Source of the DNA: a virus
Taxonomy: Duplodnaviria; Heunggongvirae; Uroviricota; Caudoviricetes
Strand: one strand, 5' to 3'
Virus record (IMG/VR): IMGVR_UViG_2563366903_000021
DNA length: 12,329 nt
Shown: one piece after another, positions 5,854 to 12,329 of the stretch
How the letters are laid out: every line of letters begins with the position of its first letter
How positions within the stretch are numbered: position 1 is the stretch's first letter
Notes under the pieces: generated by a model
Databases searched by the model: none
The model's input: only the letters and a program-made list of their open reading frames with translations
Told to the model about the DNA's origin: nothing
Made by a program: the position numbers and the translations under genes

Positions 5854-6321
5854 ATGAGCCGTGTTCTGCGTGTGGTGATTATTGTCCTGGCGGGTGGCTG
5901 TGGTGCGCTGTGGCTGGCAACAGACCATTACCGCGATAACGCCATCACCTACAAAGCGCAGCGCGATAAAAAAGCCAGAGAGCTGGAGCTGGCAAACGCC
6001 ACCATTACTGATATGCAGGTGCGCCAGCGCGATGTTGCTGCGCTCGATGCAAAATACTCGAGGGAATTAGCCGATGCGAGAGCTGAAAATGAAACTCTGC
6101 GTGCTGATGTTGCTGCTGGTCGTAAGCGCCTGCGGATCAACGCCACCTGCTCCGGTACCGTGCGTGAAGCCACCGGCACCTCCGGCATGGATAATGCAAC
6201 CGGCCCCCGACTGGCAGACACCGCTGAACGGGATTATTTCACCCTCAGAGAGCGGTTGATGACGATGCAGAAGCAGCTGGAAGGGGCACAGGAATATATC
6301 AGCACTCAGTGCCTGAAATAA
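5854..6321 (+). CDS. Rz: Rz i-spanin (inner-membrane spanin subunit), lambda Rz-like
   Basis: N-terminal TM anchor then coiled-coil periplasmic domain. ...[51 protein letters not shown]...[27 protein letters not shown]... is very close to lambda Rz as I remember it. Confidence 0.85.
   Translation: MSRVLRVVIIVLAGGCGALWLATDHYRDNAITYKAQRDKKARELELANATITDMQVRQRDVAALDAKYSRELADARAENETLRADVAAGRKRLRINATCSGTVREATGTSGMDNATGPRLADTAERDYFTLRERLMTMQKQLEGAQEYISTQCLK
6074..6259 (+). CDS. Rz1: Rz1 o-spanin lipoprotein, embedded in the +1 frame of Rz
   Basis: [20 protein letters not shown]|[41 protein letters not shown] has a lipoprotein signal peptide with lipobox VSAC and a proline-rich mature part, like lambda Rz1. 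It is wholly contained within Rz in another frame. Confidence 0.8.
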   Translation: MRELKMKLCVLMLLLVVSACGSTPPAPVPCVKPPAPPAWIMQPAPDWQTPLNGIISPSESG

Positions 6322-6622
6322 GTTTTGCTGATGCGCCGTATCGTCGCAGTATTCCCGCATTAACAGAGACCTCAGCCAGACACTGGACCTCCTGCGCGAG
6401 TGTGTGGGGATAATCAAAAACGATGCACACCGGGCTTTCCACGTTTTCAGGTAACGTGAGCGTTTTCCCGCATGGCCGCCTGTCCGGTGCGGTGGTGGAA
6501 GAAACCGGATAAAACAACCATATTGTGTAAATATCAATCAAACAAGACGCTGCTGTGTGAATTCTGAAAAATCACAGCGGTCATTATGCGTCAGTTTTTA
6601 ACAGAGGACGTCAGAAAGTGAC

Positions 6623-7474
6623 ATGGCAAAGCTGGACTGGAAAAAACTGGAGCAGGCATTCCGACGCGAACATGCCAGAACTGGCATAAAACTTCAGGAC
6701 TGGTGTCGACAGAACAATATCTGCTATGGCACGGCTCGTCGGTACATAAAACTGCGCAAAAACTCCCCCAAAAATACAGAGGAAAGTGCGCAGAAAAATG
6801 CGCAAAAAAGTGCGCAAATTGACACTCAAAAAAGCGCACAAAAAAATGCGCATGGAGCTGATGACGAGTCCAGTAATGACGAGTCTTACGGCGATGATGG
6901 CAGTGATGAAAAATGCGCAAAAAACTGCGCAAATTCGGCAGAAACGAAACGCAACAGCAGATCGGGCAATCCTCACCCCGTTGCCCGGTTTAGCGACCGT
7001 AACACCCACGCCGTGAGACACCGTGGATATGCGAAGTATCTTGAGGCAGATAACCTCATGGATGATGCGTCCGATATGGTGCTGTTCGATGAACTGGTGT
7101 TCACCCGTGCCCGCGCACTTTCAGTAACAGGAACACTGAAAAAAATGTTCGCCGACCTGAAAGAGGCGGCTGACGTGGAAACCCGTGTTGCCCTGTACGA
7201 CAAAATACTCAAAGCAGAACAGGCCCTTGACCGGAATATTGCCCGTATCGAGTCAATTGAACGCTCATTGTTGACGCTGGACGTTCTGGCGGAAACAGCA
7301 CCAAAACTTCGTGCTGACCGGGAAAGAATCAACGCTGCCAGAGATAAACTCAGAGCGGAAACCGATATTCTGACCAGCCAGCGTCGGGGCGTTGTTACGC
7401 CTGTCAGTGACATCGTGTCATCGCTGCATGAAATGAGTAATTCGGGGAGACTGGATGACATTCCGGAAGAATGA
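6623..7474 (+). CDS. Terminase small subunit (N-terminal HTH-like DNA-binding region, central low-complexity linker, C-terminal coiled-coil)
   Basis: Sits directly upstream of and overlapping the large terminase. N-terminus ...GIKLQDWCRQNNICYGTARRYIKLRK looks like an HTH. Weak SD, so the exact start is uncertain. Confidence 0.7.
   Translation: MAKLDWKKLEQAFRREHARTGIKLQDWCRQNNICYGTARRYIKLRKNSPKNTEESAQKNAQKSAQIDTQKSAQKNAHGADDESSNDESYGDDGSDEKCAKNCANSAETKRNSRSGNPHPVARFSDRNTHAVRHRGYAKYLEADNLMDDASDMVLFDELVFTRARALSVTGTLKKMFADLKEAADVETRVALYDKILKAEQALDRNIARIESIERSLLTLDVLAETAPKLRADRERINAARDKLRAETDILTSQRRGVVTPVSDIVSSLHEMSNSGRLDDIPEE
6753..6931. repeat. Array of seven TGCGCA palindromic hexamers (plus one AGCGCA) in A-rich context inside terS; candidate terminase recognition (pac-like) site and/or a protein linker repeat
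   Basis: TGCGCA at 6753, 6787, 6799, 6811, 6847, 6914, 6926 and AGCGCA at 6833, mostly as (A)nTGCGCAAA with 12-bp spacing in two runs. About 0.04 copies of a given hexamer are expected by chance in 180 bp. Encodes the AQKNAQKSAQ...KCAKNCAN low-complexity segment. Confidence 0.5.
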
Positions 7475-9161
7475 ACCGCGATGTGATGAACCGTCAGAAA
7501 TGACCGGGACCGAACAACGTCTGTTCATCATGACTAAACTGAGCAATCCCTGGTGGCGGCTCAATCATCTCTACAAGATACAGAACGAAAAAGGTGAGCT
7601 GGTCACCTTCAGAATGCGACCGGCGCAGCGCCAGTTGTTCCGGAGCATGCACAATAAAAATATTATCCTGAAAGCACGCCAGCTGGGGTTTTCCACGGCC
7701 ATTGATATTTATCTTCTCGACCAGGCATTATTCATACCGCATCTCAAATGCGGGATTGTCGCTCAGGATAAACAGGCTGCCAGTGAAATTTTCCGCACCA
7801 AAATTGCTGTACCGTTTGATCATCTTCCTGACTGGCTGAGAGCCTCATTCACCATCGTTGAACGTCGTAGCGGAGCCAGCGGTGGCTATATCCTGTTTGG
7901 TCACGGCTCGAGTATCCAGGTGGCAACCTCATTCCGTTCAGGTACGGTGCAGCGCCTGCATATCTCAGAGCACGGCAAAATTTGCGCAAAATATCCGGCT
8001 AAGGCGAAAGAACTGCGAACCGGTACACTTAATGCCGTCTCTGATGAGTGCATTATTTTTGATGAATCCACTGCTGAAGGTGTGGGTGGCGATTTTTACG
8101 AGATGAGTAACCGGGCACAGGAAATCACTGCATCAGGGCTGGCGCTGACGCCACAGGATTATAAATTCCATTTTTACGCCTGGTGGCAGGATCTCAAATA
8201 CAGCGCCAGAGTGCCGGAAAGCGGACTTAAGCTGTCACGGGAAAAAACAGCGTATTTTTCTGCGGTTGAAAAAGCAATGAACATCACGCTTACCGATGAG
8301 CAGAAACACTGGTACATCTGCAAGGAAACTGAACAGCGTGAGGAAATGAAGCAGGAATTTCCCTCAACGCCACAGGAGGCGTTTCTGACGTCAGGACGAC
8401 GGGTGTTCAGTGCGGAAAGCACGCTGCAGGCAGAGTCATTCTGTTCGCCACCGCTGATTGTTTATGACATTGAACCGGTTACAGGAACGAAGACCAAAGC
8501 GCAGTCTCTGCGTGACGGGAATAAAGCCGAACAGCACCGGACGCTGATGAATTATCTGCTGGTCTGGGAGCTGCCGGATCCGGATGAAGAGTATGTATGC
8601 GGAGCGGATACCGCTGAGGGGCTGGAGCACGGAGACCGCTCATCGCTGGATATCATCAGATGCAGTAATGGTGAGCAGGTGGCTCACTGGTTTGGTCATC
8701 TCGATGCGGAGCTTTTCGCTCATCTCATTGCGCAGGTCTGCCGTATGTACAACAACGCGTTTGTGGGGCCGGAGCGTAACAATCACGGACATGCCGTTAT
8801 CCTGAAACTCAGGGAACTCTATCCGACGCGTTATATCTACAACGAACAGCACCTTGACCAGGCATATGACGACGATACGCCCCGTCTTGGCTGGCTGACA
8901 ACCCGCCAGAGTAAACCGGTCCTGACAGAGGGAATGAAAACGCTGCTGAATAACGGCCTGTCGGGGATCCGCTGGTCGGGCACATTATCAGAAATGAACA
9001 CCTACGTTTATGACGCGAAAGGCTCCATGAATGCACAGGAAGGCTGTTTTGATGATCAGCTTATGAGCTACATGATTGCCCAGGAGATGCGTGCCAGAAT
9101 GCCGGTGAGGGTAAAACAGAAAACGGATAAACGCAGAACCACACACTGGATGGCTCACTGA
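7455..9161 (+). CDS. Terminase large subunit (ATPase plus nuclease)
   Basis: 568 aa. Terminase-type deviant Walker A KARQLGFST (compare T4 gp17 SRQLGKT) and Walker B-like IIFDE. Gene order terS-terL-portal. Start overlaps the terS 3' end by 20 nt (GGGGAGA SD); in-frame alternative starts at 7500 and further downstream are possible. Confidence 0.85.
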   Translation: MTFRKNEPRCDEPSEMTGTEQRLFIMTKLSNPWWRLNHLYKIQNEKGELVTFRMRPAQRQLFRSMHNKNIILKARQLGFSTAIDIYLLDQALFIPHLKCGIVAQDKQAASEIFRTKIAVPFDHLPDWLRASFTIVERRSGASGGYILFGHGSSIQVATSFRSGTVQRLHISEHGKICAKYPAKAKELRTGTLNAVSDECIIFDESTAEGVGGDFYEMSNRAQEITASGLALTPQDYKFHFYAWWQDLKYSARVPESGLKLSREKTAYFSAVEKAMNITLTDEQKHWYICKETEQREEMKQEFPSTPQEAFLTSGRRVFSAESTLQAESFCSPPLIVYDIEPVTGTKTKAQSLRDGNKAEQHRTLMNYLLVWELPDPDEEYVCGADTAEGLEHGDRSSLDIIRCSNGEQVAHWFGHLDAELFAHLIAQVCRMYNNAFVGPERNNHGHAVILKLRELYPTRYIYNEQHLDQAYDDDTPRLGWLTTRQSKPVLTEGMKTLLNNGLSGIRWSGTLSEMNTYVYDAKGSMNAQEGCFDDQLMSYMIAQEMRARMPVRVKQKTDKRRTTHWMAH

Positions 9162-11305
9162 TGAAAAATGAAACTAATACCATGGCGACGAAAAACGACA
9201 ACGGAGCCACGCCGCGTTTTTCTCAGCGCCAGTTACAGGCGCTTTGTTCTGATATTGACAGTCAGCCTAAATGGCGCGATGCCGCAAACAAGGCCTGTGC
9301 GTATTACGATGGTGACCAGTTGCCACCGGAAGTTCTCCAGGTGTTGAAAGATCGCGGTCAGCCGATGACCATCCATAACCTCATCGCGCCTACCGTTGAT
9401 GGTGTTCTGGGTATGGAGGCCAAAACGCGGACTGATCTGTTGGTGATATCAGATGATCCTGATGATGAAACAGAAAAACTGGCTGAAGCTATTAATGCTG
9501 AATTTGCCGATGCTTGCCGCCTTGGAAATATGAATAAAGCCCGTTCTGATGCCTATGCGGAACAAATCAAAGCGGGGCTCAGCTGGGTGGAGGTCAGACG
9601 GAACAGCGATCCGTTCGGGCCTGAGTTTAAGGTGTCTACTGTCAGCCGGAATGAAGTGTTCTGGGACTGGCTCAGCCGGGAGGCTGATTTAAGTGACTGC
9701 CGCTGGCTGATGCGCCGCCGCTGGATGGATACCGATGAGGCAAAAGCCACATTTCCGGGAATGGCTCAGGTTATCGATTATGCCATTGATGACTGGCGTG
9801 GTTTTGTCGATACCACGGTTACTGAAGGCCAGCCCAGTCCGTTGATGAGTGCATGGGAAGAGTATCAGTCATGGGATCGACAGCAGAACGAATGGCTTCA
9901 GCGTGAACGCCGTCGTGTGCTGCTTCAGGTGGTTTATTACCGTACATTCGAGCGTCTTCCGGTGATTGAACTCAGTAATGGACGGGTGGTGGCCTTTGAT
10001 AAAAATAATCTGATGCATGCGGTGGCTGTGGCATCCGGGCGGGTGCAGGTGAGAGTCGGGCGGGTAAGTCGTATTCGTGAAGCCTGGTTTGTGGGACCGC
10101 ACTTTATTGTGGATCGCCCCTGTAGTGCGCCGCAGGGGATGTTCCCGCTGGTTCCCTTCTGGGGATACCGGAAGGATAAAACCGGGGAGCCTTACGGGCT
10201 GATTTCCCGGGCCATTCCGGCACAGGATGAGGTGAATTTTCGTCGTATAAAACTGACGTGGTTGCTTCAGGCCAAACGCGTGATTATGGACGAGGATGCC
10301 ACCCAGTTGTCAGACAACGAGCTGATGGAGCAGATCGAGCGTCCGGATGGCATTATTAAACTGAATCCGGCCCGAAAAAATCAGAAAAGCGTTGCTGATG
10401 TTTTCCGGGTTGAACAGGATTTTCAGGTTGCCAGCCAGCAGTTTCAGGTCATGCAGGAGTCGGAAAAACTTATCCAGGACACGATGGGGGTTTATTCCGC
10501 ATTTCTCGGGCAGGATTCAAATGCATCGTCCGGTGTGGCGATCAGCAACCTGGTGGAGCAGGGAGCCACAACCCTTGCCGAAATCAACGATAACTACCAG
10601 TTTGCCTGCCAGCAGGTGGGAAGGCTGTTGCTCGCTTATCTTCTTGATGACCTGAAAAAGCGGCGCAATCATGCGGTGGTGATTAATCGCGATGATCGTC
10701 AGCGTCGCCAGACCATTGTCCTCAATGCTGAAGGTGATAATGGTGAACTGACCAATGATATTTCAAGGTTAAATACACATATTGCGCTGGCTCCTGTTCA
10801 GCAGACACCGGCGTTTAAGGCACAGCTTGCACAGAGAATGTCAGAGGTTATTCAGGGGCTGCCACCTCAGGTGCAGGCCGTCGTGCTCGACCTGTGGGTT
10901 AACCTTCTGGATGTGCCGCAGAAACAGGAATTTGTCGAACGTATTCGTGCGGCGCTGGGGACGCCAAAATCACCGGATGAGATGACTCCGGAAGAGCAGG
11001 AAGCGGCAGCACAACAGCAGGCGCTGGAGCAACAGCAGGCAGAACTTCAGATGCGCGAAATGACAGGCCGGGTGGCTAAACTGGAAGCAGAAGCTGCCAG
11101 GGCACGCGCGGCTGCGCAACGGGATAATGCTGGCGCACAACGGGATGTCGCCGCGGCACAGGGACAGCGTTATGTGGATGCGCTTAACCAGGCACATACG
11201 GCAGAAATCATTACCGGCATACAGAATATGGAACAGGAGCAGGAAGTTCTTCAGCAACAGATGCTGCATACACTACAACAGCGGATGCATGAAATGCCGC
11301 TCTGA
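9161..11305 (+). CDS. Portal protein
   Basis: 714-aa ORF immediately after terL with an ATGA stop/start overlap (9159-9163). Size, position and a Gln/Ala-rich coiled-coil C-terminus are typical of portal proteins. Confidence 0.75.
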   Translation: MKNETNTMATKNDNGATPRFSQRQLQALCSDIDSQPKWRDAANKACAYYDGDQLPPEVLQVLKDRGQPMTIHNLIAPTVDGVLGMEAKTRTDLLVISDDPDDETEKLAEAINAEFADACRLGNMNKARSDAYAEQIKAGLSWVEVRRNSDPFGPEFKVSTVSRNEVFWDWLSREADLSDCRWLMRRRWMDTDEAKATFPGMAQVIDYAIDDWRGFVDTTVTEGQPSPLMSAWEEYQSWDRQQNEWLQRERRRVLLQVVYYRTFERLPVIELSNGRVVAFDKNNLMHAVAVASGRVQVRVGRVSRIREAWFVGPHFIVDRPCSAPQGMFPLVPFWGYRKDKTGEPYGLISRAIPAQDEVNFRRIKLTWLLQAKRVIMDEDATQLSDNELMEQIERPDGIIKLNPARKNQKSVADVFRVEQDFQVASQQFQVMQESEKLIQDTMGVYSAFLGQDSNASSGVAISNLVEQGATTLAEINDNYQFACQQVGRLLLAYLLDDLKKRRNHAVVINRDDRQRRQTIVLNAEGDNGELTNDISRLNTHIALAPVQQTPAFKAQLAQRMSEVIQGLPPQVQAVVLDLWVNLLDVPQKQEFVERIRAALGTPKSPDEMTPEEQEAAAQQQALEQQQAELQMREMTGRVAKLEAEAARARAAAQRDNAGAQRDVAAAQGQRYVDALNQAHTAEIITGIQNMEQEQEVLQQQMLHTLQQRMHEMPL

Positions 11306-11325
11306 AAATCCTGAACTTAACGGAA

Positions 11326-11353
11326 CCCCGTCATCGTACGGGGTTTTTTGTTT
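11326..11353 (+). terminator. Intrinsic terminator after the portal gene
   Basis: ccccgt (11326-11331), loop catcgt, acgggg (11338-11343), extendable by flanking A-T pairs, then TTTTTTGTTT. Confidence 0.7.
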
Positions 11354-11462
11354 CCGGAGATAAGCGTTCCGGGAGCGGTGCGCTTATTCGCGGGGGCAGC
11401 GATAAGCCTTATTTACTCAACCATTCGGATCTGTCCGATAAACAGACCATGCGGAGTTATTT

Positions 11463-12329
11463 ATGGATTTTGAATTTACGGGTGAAGAAACCCCTGAACA
11501 ACTGGAAAAAATGCTGGAAGGGCTTGGGGATGTGGATATTGACGGTCACGAACAGGACGGCGTGACAGAGGCCGCCACAGAAAATCATGCGGATGAGGCA
11601 GCACAGACACAGACGGGCGATAACACTGCGGCACCGACGCCGGATGCCAGTGCTGAGCAGACGCAGGACGTGAAGGAGCCGGAGGCGAAGGGTGTGCTCA
11701 CCCGCGATGGTAAACACGTCATTCCCTATGAAGTCCTTGAGGCTGAACGTTCCGGTAAGCAGCGGGCCGAACAGGAAGCCGCACTTCTTCGGGGACAGAT
11801 AGCCGAAGAAAAACGCCTGGTTGAACTGCTGACGTCTCAGATCCACCAGGCCGGTATGAAACCCGCACCGTTACCGGAAAACGAAAAAATCTCTGATGAG
11901 AAGATTGCCCGTATCAGGGATATGTATCCGGAAATTGGTGACGCGGTGGCTTCGCTCATCCGTAAAAATAACTATCTCCAGTCCCGTGTTCAGCAATCAG
12001 CACAGCAGGCAGAAGGTCATGGTGGTGAGGATTTATCACCGGTTCTTGATGCGATGAATGCCGTGCCGGTGCTGAAAACGTGGCAGAACTCCGATCCGGA
12101 TCGCTTCTCGGTTGCCGTATCCATCGACGGGAAGCTCCAGAATGACCCCGCATGGAAAGACAAACCGCTCACTGAACGTTTCGCCGAAGTGGCCCGCCGT
12201 ACGCAGCTCGCTTTTGGTGAAGCCAGTGAGCCGCCTTCTGATGACAAGGCAGACAACACGGATATCCGGAAAACGGCGGAAGAAAAAGTGAAAGCCGCTG
12301 AACGGGAGATGGCAGTGCCTGCTTCCCCG
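11463..12329 (+). CDS. Head scaffolding-like / head morphogenesis protein, N-terminal 289 aa (continues past the window end)
   Basis: ATG 11463 six nt after GGAG; open to the window end, so absent from the ORF track. Very acidic N-terminus (MDFEFTGEETPEQLEKMLEGLGDVDIDGHEQDG...) followed by coiled-coil-like segments, directly downstream of portal. The antisense ORF 11457-11846 is its shadow. Confidence 0.55.
   Translation, partial: MDFEFTGEETPEQLEKMLEGLGDVDIDGHEQDGVTEAATENHADEAAQTQTGDNTAAPTPDASAEQTQDVKEPEAKGVLTRDGKHVIPYEVLEAERSGKQRAEQEAALLRGQIAEEKRLVELLTSQIHQAGMKPAPLPENEKISDEKIARIRDMYPEIGDAVASLIRKNNYLQSRVQQSAQQAEGHGGEDLSPVLDAMNAVPVLKTWQNSDPDRFSVAVSIDGKLQNDPAWKDKPLTERFAEVARRTQLAFGEASEPPSDDKADNTDIRKTAEEKVKAAEREMAVPASP

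Noticed and set aside
5882-6541. ORFs 5882-6070 (+), 5949-6221 (-), 6067-6537 (-) and 6299-6541 (-) around Rz
   Set aside because: They overlap Rz/Rz1, whose lambda-like sequences are recognisable; only Rz1 (6074-6259) is accepted as a genuine embedded gene because of its lipoprotein signal.
6550-6582. Imperfect inverted repeat upstream of terS (ctgtg 6553-6557 / cacag 6573-6577, extendable to 8 bp)
   Set aside because: 15-nt loop and no following T-tract, so not a convincing terminator. Possibly a regulatory hairpin, but the evidence is too weak to call.
6591-7461. ORFs 6786-7016 (+), 6591-6932 (-), 6611-7021 (-) and 6973-7461 (-) within terS
   Set aside because: Artefacts of the A-rich TGCGCA repeat and of the strongly biased terS coding strand; translations are Lys/Arg or His/Phe low-complexity.
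7858-11269. Internal and antisense ORFs within terL and portal (7858-8106, 8174-8422, 8436-8630, 8584-8805, 8640-8852, 8809-9036, 9553-9750, 9869-10102, 10392-10655, 10782-10985, 10970-11269)
   Set aside because: Short, no start signals, and embedded in long ORFs with clear terminase motifs or portal context.
11457-12259. Minus-strand ORFs 11457-11846, 11956-12153 and 12017-12259
   Set aside because: They are antisense to a + strand reading frame that stays open from ATG 11463 to the window end and has a good SD.
1-12329. CRISPR array, integrase or attachment site, and defence-system hallmarks (large ATPase, nuclease or reverse-transcriptase ORFs)
   Set aside because: No direct-repeat/spacer periodicity and no such ORFs. 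Every large ORF is accounted for by esterase, lysis or packaging functions.

Overview
Late-gene region of a lambdoid prophage of the E. coli/Shigella type, entered from the 3' end of an IS1 copy. Order on the + strand: IS1 fragment (1-309); a ~1.6 kb non-coding island (310-1906) with a degenerate tRNA-like remnant, several intrinsic terminators and two tandem paralogous ~220-bp terminator-capped modules; a nanS-p-type sialate O-acetylesterase gene; two small ORFs; a mosaic lysis cassette (S21-type pinholin, SAR endolysin, two inserted small membrane-protein genes, lambda-like Rz with embedded Rz1); terminase small subunit (carrying a TGCGCA palindrome array); terminase large subunit; portal; and the start of a scaffold-like gene. 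No Q antiterminator gene, CRISPR array or canonical tRNA is visible. The two candidates I rate most likely to be something new are the tandem terminator-capped modules (967-1185 and 1436-1668) and the two small membrane-protein genes between endolysin and Rz (5518-5846). All protein similarities are from reading the translations and from memory of the families; no database search was run.
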